Below are positions 13,414-24,932 of a DNA stretch of 64,000 nucleotides, piece by piece. The stretch comes from Squalus acanthias. Lineage: Eukaryota. A model generated the notes under the pieces. That model saw nothing but the letters and a program-made list of their open reading frames with translations. It was not told the origin of the DNA and did not search any database. How positions within the stretch are numbered: the stretch's first letter is position 1; each line of letters opens with the position of its first letter. Location: NCBI GenBank assembly GCA_030390025.1, contig CM059434.1:15438001-15502000 (forward strand), in the 5' to 3' direction. A program made the position numbers and the translations under genes.

Positions 13414-13777
13414 CAGGAAACTCTTGTTTAACCGGCACCTAAATATCCGTAATTCTCTCTTAACCAGCAAAAATCATACTCCGAAAACTCCTCTCAAATA
13501 ACCGGCAATGTTGCCGAGTCTGAGTCCGAGTCTCCCGCGAACGCCGAGTAATCTGAAAACTCCTCTCAAATAACCGGCAATGTTGCCGAGTCCGAGTCCG
13601 AGTCTCCCGCGAACGCCGAGTTAGTCAGTGGGGGTAGTTCTCCAAAGTGCCACTACTCGGCCTCCTGGCGCTGTCATTAAAAATAGCCTCGGTAGATATA
13701 ACTCTCCGTTATCCGGAACTTTTGATCAACCGGCACCACGCCGGTCCCGTCGGAGCCGGATACCAAAGAGTTTCCTG
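13414..13777. mobile_element. Tc1/mariner (Tigger/pogo-like) MITE
   Basis: TIR caggaaactctt / aagagtttcctg. TA TSD at 13412-13413 and 13778-13779. Removing it restores the host CR1 frame (IKIDS|NVILDRLEKLK). Internal tandem duplication of period 72 at 13483-13621. Confidence 0.9.
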
Positions 13778-15050
13778 TAATGTCATCTTGGATAGATTAG
13801 AAAAGCTCAAAATTGATAGGGCTCCAGCTCCAAATAATATCCATCCAAGGGTGATTAAAGAGATGGGACAGGTGCTCTGTGAGCCCCTTGCCCGTATCTT
13901 CAATAGTTCAATAGAGTCAGGGAGAGTTCCCTTAGACTGGAAGCTAGCTCATGTAGTTCCTATTTTCAACAAAGGGGACAAACCAGAGCCAGGGAACGAT
14001 AGGCCCATCTGCCTGATATCCATTAGTGGGAAGATGCTCGAAGGAATCGTAAGAGATGCCTTTTATGATCACTGGGAAAGGGAAGGGCCTATTAGAAATT
14101 CACAACACGGGTTGTGATAAGGTACCTCACACTAGGCTACCTCTCAGAATAGAATCTTGTGGTATCAGCAGAAATTTGAAACGCTGGATTAGGAATTGGC
14201 TCCAATCCCACAGCCAAAAAGTTGTAGTTAACAAATGTGGTTCAGCTTAGAGACGGGTTACCAGTGATGTTCCCCCAGGGGTCGGTCCTAGGCCCGCTAC
14301 TCTTCACAGTCATAGAGTCATAGTCATAGAGCCATAGAGGCATAACGGCACAGAAGGAGGCCATTCAGCCCATCGAGTCCATGCCGGCTCTCTGTCAGTC
14401 CCATTCTTTATTAATGACCTCGACAGCGGTGTTGGGATTACAGTGAGTAAGTTTGCAGATGATACCAAAATCTGTGCAAGGGTTAAGACAGTAGAGGAAT
14501 GCAATCAAATCCAAAAAGATTTAGATGTGCTAGGGGAGTGGGCCACACAATGGCAAATGGTGTTTAATTTAGATAAATGTAGTGTCATGCATGTTGGTAG
14601 GGCCAACACAGAGTACACATATCATTTGCAGGGAACAATACTGAAAGAGGTTGAGAGAGAAAAAGATCTTGGTGTTATTGTGCCCAGATCACTGAAGGCT
14701 CATGACTAATGTAGAGAAACTGCAGCTAAAGCTAACAAGGTATTGGGTTGTATTAATAGAACCATTCAGTATAAATCAAACATCACCATTTTGTCACTAC
14801 ACAGGTCGCTGGTCAGACTGCATCTAGAATACTGTGCCCAGTTTTAGTCCCCCCTCACAGGGGTTAATATAGTGACCTTGGAAATGGTCCATAGGAGAAC
14901 TACAAGACTGATCCCCAGCTTAAAAAACCTCAGCTGCTCGGATAGGCTCAAGGACCTTGGTCTATTTACTGTAGCCATGATGTGAACTGGGGTGGATAAA
15001 TGTGAGAAGTCGCACAACACCAGTTTATAGTCCAACAGCTTTATTTGAAA

Positions 15051-15087
15051 TCACAAGCTTTCGGAGCGCTGCTCCTTCATCAGGTGA
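15051..15087 (-). ncRNA. Minimal type I hammerhead ribozyme motif
   Basis: Minus strand UCAC-CUGAUGA-A-GGAGC-agc-GCUCC-GAAA-GC-UU-GUGA: conserved core, 5-bp stem II, 4-bp stem I. Confidence 0.75.
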
Positions 15088-15111
15088 AGTCTCTTGTGAC
15101 TCTCAGTGACT

Positions 15112-15148
15112 TCACCTGACGAAGGAGCAGCGCTCCGAAAGCTTGTGA
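15112..15148 (+). ncRNA. Minimal type I hammerhead ribozyme motif
   Basis: UCAC-CUGACGA-A-GGAGC-agc-GCUCC-GAAA-GC-UU-GUGA. Palindromic AAGCUU in place of stem III. AATAAA just downstream. Confidence 0.75.
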
Positions 15149-15475
15149 TTTCAAATAAAGCTGTTGGACTATAACCTGGTGTTGTGCGACTTCTCACATT
15201 TATTTACTGTAGAGCAGCATAGACTTAGAGATGGCCTGGTCGAGGTCTACAAGATACGTAAAGGGCTGGTATAGCATCCCTATTGAAAGATTATTCCAGT
15301 TTAACAGACGTGGGAATACCAGAGGACACAAGTTTAAACTATGGAAGAGTAGGAATAGACTGGGCATTAGGTCGTTCTTCTCCTCCCGGAGAGTGGTGAG
15401 CTTCTGGAATACATTTCCAGCTGGTGAGGTGGGTGCTGACTCTGTGCGTTTTCGTCAAGAGGGAGCTGGACTGGT

Positions 15476-15572
15476 TCGGACGAAGGGTTTCGACCTGAAA
15501 CGTTAACTCTCTTTCTCTCTCCACGGATGTTGCCTGGCCTGCTGAGTTTTTCCAGCGTTTTCTGTTGTTATT
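15476..15572 (+). mobile_element. Short Penelope pLTR insertion (second family) starting at a degenerate hammerhead
   Basis: 12-bp TSD agctggactggt (15464-15475, 15573-15584). Begins cggacgaagggtttcgacctgaaacgtt. Homologous to 3989-4085. Confidence 0.8.
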
Positions 15573-17051
15573 AGCTGGACTGGTCCCTGACTGGGGCACA
15601 GATCGCATCAGATATAAGTGTGCTTATTGGTAACAACTTGGCTCATGTGATCTCCTGGACTGGTTTCGATTGCCTCAGAGGGTCAGTGAGGAATTTTACA
15701 GAGTCATTTTTTTCCCTTTTTGGCCCTGGGGTTTTTTCCACCTCTCCCAGGAGATCACATGAGCTGTGGGGGTGGGTGAGAGGCCGGAGAGAGGTCAGAA
15801 GTGTTTAGCCGTGACACTCTGGCCATCATGGTGGTGCGCGGCAGCCTCGATGGACCAGCAGGTCTTTTGCTGCCTTTCAATTTTGTAAGTCTCCGGAGTG
15901 GGACTACGAACCCACGACCTTCTGACCCAGGGCTGCGAGTGCTACCAACTGAGCCACGGCTGACAATGAAGAGGACAATACAGAGTTGCTAACCAGGTTA
16001 GGCTCCACCAGAGGCACACTGCCCACCTGCCAGTACTTTCCCACCCACATTTGCAGGCAGAGACGGACAAAAAACATTAAAATCGACGGGAGAAGGAACA
16101 CAGCATTTGGCATCAAACCTCTTACTTCCAGTAAACTCTTCAAAGCTTTCCGACCCAACCTTGTTCCAAAAAGATAAATTGCAAAATTTGGAGAAATGTG
16201 TTGTTGAGGGAATTCCTCGTCCACAGAATTCCTGCAGTGGTGACTAATAGAAGCCAAGTGCGTGAACCTTATTAATACCAGGAGTCCTGAATCTGAAGAT
16301 TCCAAGCTGTCGCTAATTGTTTTCCTTTAGGTATGTGACAGCAGCTAGTCTGCATCTGTAGCGTACCAACATGCTAAAGCCCATAACGGGAGAGAATTAT
16401 TATTTTTTTGTTAAGTTTATGTGATTTCTTGGGGCTTCCTCCTACATTTACCATTCCGTCCTACAGCACTGGCAGGAAAGCTAAACACTAAGTGAACCAT
16501 ATATAGCCATTTTATATGCCATTATTATCAGCCGGCAATAAATTATGAGGATTATTCATTGCCAAAGCTTTTTACTCAGACTAAATTTTGATATTACCAC
16601 ACAATGCGAGGCAGCTCTCCCCCAGCCCATTCTGTCCTCCACTGATTCTACACCGAGACAGCTTGGAATGCGCAGAGCGCTGTATTTCGACTGTGAAAGC
16701 TGCTGATATTTACTAGCTCTATTCAAGACACAGTAACGAATGGTAAGAACGAAGGTTAGAGGAGCGTTCAGGAAGCCATGAACAAAAGCCTGCTGTTTGT
16801 TACACTCAATTCATAATGATAGATTTAACATTCATTTTTGATCTTGAAATTACGTTCTAACTTCCCAGCACAGTGTTTGAAATCGAGTGAATGTAGAACA
16901 AATGTATTCTTAAGCAAATAATGGATGCTCCCAAATGGTACAAATATGTTGAGAGAAAGTGAATTTGAGTATCTTTTGACCAACATTACTTTTTAATTTA
17001 GTCCTATTTATATTTGTTTGCAGTGTTATTGCTGCATCATTGGTGCTTCAT

Positions 17052-17880
17052 GTGTCAGTAGTGGCTCAGTGGTAACATTCTCACCTCTGAGTCAGAAGGT
17101 TGTGGGTATTATCTTGGCTGGCACTTCAGTGCAGTACTGAGGGAGTGCTGCACTGTTGGTGGTTGTCATCTTTCAGATGAGACATTAAACCAGGCGTCTG
17201 CCCTCTCAGGTGAATGTAAAAGATCCCATGACACTATTCGAAGAAGAGAAGGGGGGAGTTCCCGATGTCCTGGCCAACATTTATCGCTCAACCAGTACCT
17301 AAAAAAAACAGATGGTCTGGTCACTTATTTCATTGCTGTTTCATAGAATCATAGAATGGTTGCAGCACAGAAGGAGGCCATTTCATCTGCCACGGGTCCG
17401 CCCATTCCACCAGCCCGTCTATGTCCTCTTGAAGTCTATCACTATCCTCCTCACTGTTCACTATACTTCCAAGTTTTGTGTCATCTGCAAATTTTGAAAT
17501 TGTGCCCCTGTACACCCAAGTCCAAGTCATTAATATATATCAAGTAAAGCAGTGGTCCTAGTACCGACTCCTGGGGAACACCACTGTGTACCTTCCTCCA
17601 GTCTGATAAACAACCGTTCACCACTACTCTCTGTTTCCTGTCACTTAGCCAATTTTGTATCCATGCTGCCACTGTCCCTTTTATTTCATGGGCTTCAACT
17701 TTGCTGGCAAGCCTATTATGTGGCACTTTATCAAACGGGAGCTTGCTGTGCGCAAATTACCTGCCACGTTTCCTACATTACAACAGTGACCACACTTCGA
17801 AAGTACTTCATTGGCTGTAAAGCACTTTGGGATGTCCTGAGATCGTGAAAGACGCTATATGAATACAAGTTCTTTCTTTA
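17052..17880 (+). mobile_element. SacSINE1-like DeuSINE split by a minus-strand CR1 RT fragment (about 17343-17735)
   Basis: SINE head and core to 17342, tail from about 17735. The insert encodes [18 protein letters not shown]. Confidence 0.85.
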
Positions 17881-18429
17881 ATGTTCCCAGATACTGAGGA
17901 CATCGAGTAGGATATGCGCATATAAGCCTGGATGTTACTGTGAATTATGTTATTGTATAAATGCGAACACATTCATGTTTCTCTCCTCTATTTTACTGGA
18001 GGTTTTAGCCTATTTAAAATAAACTGGTTAATGTCTCCATTAAACTGGCAGTGACAGCATCTTTTTAAGAGCACACAATGTGCGATAATGGTGCTCGCAG
18101 TAATTTCCAGGCTGCGTTATTTTATAGGTCAGCTATGAAGTACTAATTAATAATTTATATTAGCATATTTAAAGACACAAATCTTGCTGGTGGAGAAATT
18201 TGCATAAAATATACCTAAAAAATGTGCCCAGTAAGATATGCTTCGAAATGATCAAAGGTTTTCTGATGACTTGATAAAGAATACTCAGAATGCATTGCCC
18301 AAGGATTTATAGACAGATTTTGTGGACTTATTCAACAAATGATTTTGCATCTACTCCATATTAACAGAAGGAGAGAAGGTTAGACTGGACAAAGCAAAAG
18401 CACTTAATCAACAGTTTTGGACTTCTGTC

Positions 18430-18769
18430 TCGGGTTGGCAACTCTGGTTAGATGTATTCTGGGAGATGTTCAACACATGACCTCCCACCTCCAACTGCTC
18501 CGCCATTGGTCACCGGACATGTCCATCCCCGCAGCGCACTACCTCTCCACGCCAATTGGAAAGCGAACAGACTCTTAGTTAGCCTATTGGATGTTACATT
18601 GACTGTCAGTCTAGCAGCCTTTTTATCCTCATCTCCAATATTTTTATAACAAAAGGGTTCAAAGAAAATGAAAAAAACAATTTTTCTTGGAATGATTTTT
18701 CTCCCGAGTTGCTTGCAGCAGTTTCCGGAAGATTAATCTTTAATTCCTGGAGACTCCAGGACAACCCTA
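18430..18769. mobile_element. hAT-like MITE (TAGGGTTG-type termini)
   Basis: Termini tcgggttggca / gacaacccta. Imperfect 8-bp TSD cttctgtc / ttcctgtc. Left end also seen near 31999 and 61629. Confidence 0.65.
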
Positions 18770-19445
18770 TTCCTGTCATTATTTGCCTTATTCCAAAATG
18801 GCTGTCAGATGTTTTCCACATTCTAAAATGGAGCCGCCTAAAGTGTGCGTCACTCAAGTGAGCTCATGAACTGATTAAGTGCTTGTGACACACATTGTGT
18901 TTCTTTAACATTTAACAAAATACCAGAGTAATTTTATTTCTATACTTTCTTTGGGTTGTTTTCACTCATGGGTGAATTCCAGAAAACAAGACAGAACAAT
19001 GATCAAAGGCTTAAGAGGAAAATGTTTACAGTGCACGAGAAGTGCTTGCTCATGATCTGGAAGTATTGGTACAAATGACAGTGCTTTCGGAATTTCCGGT
19101 TTACCGAGCATATGATTGTTGATTGCATCAGAATTTAGAGTGTCAGAGCGACAGAACTTTTCCAATGGCCCCCTGTGGAGCAAGCACAGCCATTATTCAG
19201 GCTTTTCCATCAAATCGTAAATCAAGCTTTGATGAAAATTTGTGTTCAGTGTCCTCTTTGATCCCTCTTTATTCTTTAGGCAGATTTAATTTGGAAAGTA
19301 TTAGGGGATGCAAAAAAGGGTAGGCACTGTAGCCCCGAGCCTCTGACTTCAATGGATTGTGGAATTACCCCCAAAAAGTAAGTCTGTTGTTTTGCAACTC
19401 TGTATTTTATGAATGAATGAACTTGCACTATATACCTTCAGTATA

Positions 19446-19925
19446 TAAGAACATAAGAGCATAAGAAATAAGAGCAGGAGTCGGCCATACGGCCCCTCGA
19501 GCCTGCTCTGCCATTCAATAAGATCATGGCTGATCATCGACCTCGACTCCACTTTCCCGCCCGATCTCCATATCCCTTTATTCCCCATGAGTCCAAAAAT
19601 CTATCGATCTCAGCCTTGAATATACTCAAAGACTCAGCATCCACAGCCCTCTGGGGCAGAGAATTCCAAAGACTCACAACCCTCTGAGTGAAGAAATTCC
19701 TCCTCAGCTCAGCCTTAAATGTCCGACCCCTTATCCTGAGACTATGCCCCCTAGTTCTAGACACTCCAGCCAGGGGAAACAACTTTCAGCATCTACCCTG
19801 TCAATACCCTTCAGAATCTTGTATGTTTCAATGAGACCACCTCTCATTCTTCTAAACTCCAGAGAGTATAGGCCCAATCTACACAAATTCTCATCATAGG
19901 ACAACCCTCTCAGCCCAGGAATCAA
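19446..19925 (-). mobile_element. CR1 3' fragment
   Basis: LIPGLRGLSY..LGLYSLEFRRMRG..RRNFFTQRVVSLWNSLP plus (ttcttatg)n tail. Confidence 0.9.
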
Positions 19926-20129
19926 TATACACTGCTTTGTCACACCCTCAGGATATCTCAAAGTGCTGTGCAACCAACAAATTACTTTTTGAAGTGCAGT
20001 TATTGTTGCTATGTAGGTAGATGCAGCAGTTAACTTGCAAGCAGCAAATTCCCACAAACAGCAAAACAGACCTGATAATCTGCTTTTAGTGATGTTGGTT
20101 AGATCCCTACTCTCCTTCATAATAATAAT

Positions 20130-20487
20130 ATTAGAGGTGTTCAAAATCATGAAGGGTTTTGATAGAGCAAATTAGCAGAAACTGTTTCCATTGGCAGAAG
20201 GGTCGGTAACCAGAGGACACAGATATTGGCAAAAGAACCAGAGGTGAGATGAGGAGAATTTTTTTACACAGCGAGTTGCTATGACCTGGAATGCGCTGCC
20301 TGAAAGGGCGGTGGAAGCAGATTCAATTATAACTTTCAAAGGGAAATTGGATAAATACTGGAAGGGGGATAAATAGCCGGGCTACGGGGGAGTGGGACTA
20401 ATTGGACAGCTCTTGTAAAGAGCCGACACAGGCACGATGGGGGCAAGTAGCCTCCTTCTGTGCTGTATTATTTTATGATTCTATGAT
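20130..20487 (+). mobile_element. CR1 3' fragment
   Basis: EVFKIMKGFD..TQRVAMTWNALPE and an attctat tail. Confidence 0.85.
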
Positions 20488-20802
20488 GTAGTGTTGTGAA
20501 ATCTTTTACTTCCAGCTAAGCAAGCAGATGGTGCCTCAGTTTGAAGTTTCATTTAGAAGGCAGCACCTTGCGACAGTCCTTCAATATTGCACTGACGGTT
20601 CAGCCTGGATCATGTCCTCAAGTCTGTACTGGGACTTGAACCTACTACCTTGTGTCAGCCGTGGCTCAGTGGGTAGCTCTCTCATCTACTGAGTCAGAAG
20701 GTTGTGGGCTCATAGTCCCACTCCAGAGACTTGAGCACAAAAATCTAGACTGACACAAGTTTAGAATTGGTGTTGGGTCGATACCACTTAAAGGCTGTGA
20801 TG

Positions 20803-20821
20803 GTGCGCCCTCCAGTGGCTG
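20803..20821 (-). promoter_or_regulatory. CTCF-like motif (copy 1)
   Basis: Minus strand CAGCCACTGGAGGGCGCAC; the core is one mismatch from CCACTAGAGGGCGC. Confidence 0.5.
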
Positions 20822-21050
20822 AATTCTAACATTTCTTTTTACTTTGATGACAACCGCAACTTATATTTATTCACAACAAAAGACAAATACAGATGAGGGA
20901 GGCCGTTCAGCCCATCTTAATTCATCCATCTAGGAGATCCTAACTTCCCCCGCGCCCCCCCCCCCCCCCATTTAAGCACCCAGCTATTTCTTAGGTGTGT
21001 CCAAGGTTGTCACCTCCCCTACTCTTCCTCATAGTCTATGTCATCCAGTG

Positions 21051-21516
21051 GTGTCAACCGTGGCTCTGTCGGTAGCACTCTCGCCTCAGAAGGTTGTGGG
21101 TTCAAGCCCACACCAGAGACTTGAGTACATAATCTGGGCTGACACTCCAGTGCTGTGCTGAGGGAGTGCTGCACTGTCGGAGGTGCCGTCTTTCGGATGA
21201 GACGTTAAACCGAGGCCCCCATCTGCTCTCTCAAGTGGACGTAAAAGATCCCATGGCCACTATTTCGAAGAAGAGCAGGGGAGTTATCCCCGGTGTCCTG
21301 GGCCAATATTTATCCCTCAATCAACATCACTAAAAACAGATGATCTGGTCATTATCACATTGCTGTTTGTGGGAGCTTGCTGTGTGCAATTGGCTGCCGC
21401 GTTTCCCACATTACAACAGTGACTGCACTTCAAAAGTAATTCATTGGCTGTAAAGAGCTTTGGGACGTCCTGAAGTTGTGAAAGGTGCTATATAAATACA
21501 AGTCTTTCTTTCTTTT
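21051..21516 (+). mobile_element. Full-length SacSINE1-like DeuSINE
   Basis: tRNA head, Deu domain and ...ctatataaatacaagtctttctttc tail. Confidence 0.9.
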
Positions 21517-22929
21517 TACCTTCTGACACTGAGGCAAGAGTCCCACCAACTGAGCCAAGTTGATAATTACCATGTGGAAATAATAGTGATTAAGGTTATC
21601 GATATATTTTCATTAGCAGTTAAAAAAAACACTACCGCACTCAATTCATGATATTGCCCCTGTCCTGCCCTGCCTCGATACCTAACCTCTCCCCACCTAA
21701 CCTATTTCGGATGGAATTCCTACCCGCAGTAGCTTTGGCTTGTTGTCTGGATTCTCGAGAGGTTTTGCTGGCAATTTCGCTTCAGGCTTGAACATATTCC
21801 ACAGCCACCCGAATGGCTGCTGCTAATCTGTTTCAAATACCCTTTCATAGTTTTTGCTGACTTTCCCAGCACAGCACAAATAGCACTTTTGTTCTGCTCT
21901 GCAAAGACAGTGCAAAACCACACAAGGCGCCTATTAGCATCAGAAAAAGAGTGAGGCTGAAATCAAGCACATGACGTCTTTGTGCAGTCATCGCAAACGC
22001 ACTTTAATTGAAGAGGAAGCTAACGATATCGGTGAGCACCATCACAGTTCTGCTTTTTTGTTGTTGCTGTTTTTCTCCTCCTCTTCTGAGGGTGTTGACT
22101 GCTTCTGGGGTTATGGTTCCACAGGCACTGGTCACTCAAAATGGTCCAGATAGTTAAGGGGTCATTTTACTGCCCACCAACAGTGCAAATTGGACATTTA
22201 GGGTGGTCTGCCCACGATTGTTTGAATGAGCGGAAAATTGTGACTGGAAGCCCCTGAATACGCCACTGGCTCATGAGGCTTCTGCCAGCAGCTCATACTC
22301 ATAAAATGATCCTTTTAGTGTCAGTAGGCTATTTAAAAGAAGAAAGAAAGACTTGCATTTATATAGCGCCTTTCACGACCTCAGGACATCCCAAAGTGCT
22401 TTACAGCCAATTAAGTACTTTTTGAAGTGTAGTCACTGTTGTAATGTAGGACCATGGGGGGGGGGGGGGGTGTGGAAATCACCGTGGGGTCTGATTCCGT
22501 CCTGCTCTGACGCCTACAAACATGAACATCCAGTAGTGGTGATGACTGAATAGCGACTGCAAGCATGGATCCCGGGAAATTTACCTCCTCCTGAGGCCAA
22601 CTTTGGCAGGCCAACAAAGAATAGGTAACTCAACACAAACCAGCAAACAAACGTGGATCTACTGGACTGTATGGCTCTGCTGCATGTTCCCATCACCAAC
22701 TGAGCCATCAGAGAGCCGGCAACACAGTTACGTACGTGCAGAGTTCCTTCAAACTTAGTTCAAAAAATTATGTCTTAATGCAGGTGAAATCTTCATTTAC
22801 ACAGCTCCTCTGTTGAGTCCTATAAAACTCCATCTCAGTCGACTTGTATGAAATGTTTGTACTGGGTCGACATCAGCCAGATGGATCACCTTCAAGTGTT
22901 CCAGTCCATAGAATGGGAATCTCCGTTTA

Positions 22930-23370
22930 CTTAACCACATTGGCTCCCGGTCTGGCAATGTCTCGATTTTAAAATTCTCATCCTTGTTTTCAAATCCCTC
23001 CATGATCTCTCTCCTCCTTATCTCTGTAACCTCCTCCAGCCCCACAAATCTCCGAGGTCTCTGCCCTCCTCCAATTCTGGCCTCTTGCACCTCCCGATTT
23101 TCATCGCTCCAGAATTGACGGCCGCGCCTTCAGCTGCCTAGGCCCTAAGCTCTGGAATTCCCTCCCTAAACATTTCTGCCTCTCTACCTCTCCCTCCTTT
23201 AAGATGCTCCTTAAAGCATACCTCTTTGACCAAGTTTTTAGTCACCTGTCCTAATATCTCCTTATGCGGCTCGGTGTCAAATTTTGTTTGATAATCACTC
23301 CTGCAAAGTGCCTTGAGACATTTTACTACGTTAAAAGCACTATATAAATACAAGTTGTTACTGTTGTTAT
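22930..23370 (+). mobile_element. L2 3' fragment
   Basis: HWLPV..FKILILVFKSLH..LWNSLP..LFDQ and L2 tail. Confidence 0.85.
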
Positions 23371-23381
23371 AGAGATGGACC

Positions 23382-23832
23382 TGTGTCAGCTGTGGCTCAG
23401 TTGGTAGCACTCTCACCTTCTGAGTCAGAAGGTTGTGGGTTCAAGTCCCACTCCAGGGACTTGAACACATAAAGCTAGGCTGACACTCCAGTGGAGTGCT
23501 GCACTGTCGGATGGTGCTGTCTTTCAGATGAGACGTTAAACCGAAGCCCTGGAAAGGTGGATGTAAAAGACCCCATGGCACTATTTCGACAGAAGTGTAG
23601 GGGAGGTCTCCCTGGTGTCCTGGCCAATATTTATCCCTCAACCAGCATAACAAAAACAGATTATCTGGTCATTATCACATTGCTGTATGTGGGACCTTGC
23701 TGTGTGCAAATTGGCTGCTGCGTTTCCCACATTCCAACAGTGACTCCACTTCAAAAGTACTTCATTGACTGTAAAGCGCTTTGAGACAGCCGGTGGTCAT
23801 GAAAGGCGCCATATAAATGCAAGTCTTTCTTT
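23382..23832 (+). mobile_element. Full-length SacSINE1-like DeuSINE
   Basis: gtgtcagctgtggctcagttggtagc (A box)...ggttcaagtccc (B box), Deu domain, tail. Confidence 0.9.
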
Positions 23833-24932
23833 CAATATCTTATTAAAAAAATTACATCTGTATACACAGGTCCAATAATCTCCCACCTTCTAACTCTGCT
23901 TCACTTGAAGACGACCCTTGGTCAAGCCTTCCTGTGAGCAATGCCATGGGTGATCAACTGTGCATATATGAAGTAACGCTGTATGAAAGTACCCATCTGT
24001 GATAGTACTTGGTTGTAGAGCTGCCTTTTCTATGAAGGTTGCCATTTACCACAATGCATAAAATGATTTTTTTTTTAAGTATATCCATTGTACAGGATCT
24101 GGGTCTAGTGTTTACATAGGTGGCCAATCACATTCTTTTTTGTGAAATCGTGCCTGGGTAGAGTCAGAGATTTTCTAAGGGAGCCTGGGTGTAAATTGTT
24201 AGATTCAGAAATAAAATTTACTACAGGCTAGTCCAAAATAAGATATAAATTCAGAATGTAATTGAGGGTATAATTATGCATGTTGAGAGTGGGGAACGGA
24301 TTTGGTAAAATGAAGCAACAGTGACATGCTGTGGCAATAAGAAATATTTCACAATATAATGTGCAAAGATTTAATTGAACGAGTAGGATTACTAAACTGG
24401 GAATAATATGATGCAATCTGTTTCACAATTGTTAACCCGACCACATAAATAAAAGAATTGCCAGTGTATTGAAAAAGAAAGGGCATTGATATAGCACCTT
24501 TTACGACCTTGAGATGTCCCAAAGCCTCCCCGTTATTTCTACCGCAAAATCCAGGTTATTGAAAGTTGGAAGCAAATGTTCAGACTGGTACCATAATAGG
24601 TCCTGAAATCAATTATCATGGGAATCAAACATTTTCAAGATAAGGAACAATCACACCAGGTGAGGGGCAGTTCCTGGGGACACAAAGGGCAACATTAACA
24701 TTGTGGGTTCTGAAGAAATTCCAGCTTTCAAAATGTACACCATTTTCTTTCCTATGTAACAATTATATTGATTTTGTACAAGTTTTCAAAGACTGATTTT
24801 CATGAAATACAATTCAGGAAATGCAGAGAACCAATTGTTGTATTTTTGATTTTGTTGGGAGTCCTCAAAGGGTTAAGCCAATCCATCCATGTCCAAGATC
24901 AGGAATAACTTTCAGGTTCTGAGGGCAGTAAT

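Larger units (their letters stand above)
14975..15200. mobile_element. Penelope-derived inverted-pLTR insertion with two hammerhead motifs
   Basis: 12-bp TSD tatttactgtag (14963-14974, 15201-15212). Near-perfect inverted arms of about 95 bp. Confidence 0.85.
12868..15885 (+). mobile_element. Old degraded CR1 ORF2 (APE-RT) hosting several nested insertions
   Basis: Fragments ILDLV..SSDHNMI, IHPRVIKE..DWKLAHVVPIFNKG, KFADDTK and HLEYCAQF, with many stops and frameshifts. Confidence 0.9.

Noticed and set aside
13483-13621. Direct repeats resembling a CRISPR array
   Set aside because: Only two tandem 72-bp units with no spacers, inside a TA-flanked MITE in eukaryotic DNA.
16003-16020. CCACCAGAGGCAC as a CTCF site
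   Set aside because: One base short in the G-run of the core.
16862-16885. CAGTGT loop as an iron-responsive element (FTL neighbours BAX in mammals)
   Set aside because: The flanking 5-bp stem does not pair, and no ferritin exons were found.
23382-23455. tRNA gene-like sequence with A and B boxes (many copies)
   Set aside because: tRNA-derived SINE heads fused to the Deu domain, not stand-alone tRNAs.
24230-24250. tccaaaataaga matching BAX exon 6 antisense, suggesting a BAX pseudogene
   Set aside because: Only 12 AT-rich bases match and the flanks do not extend.
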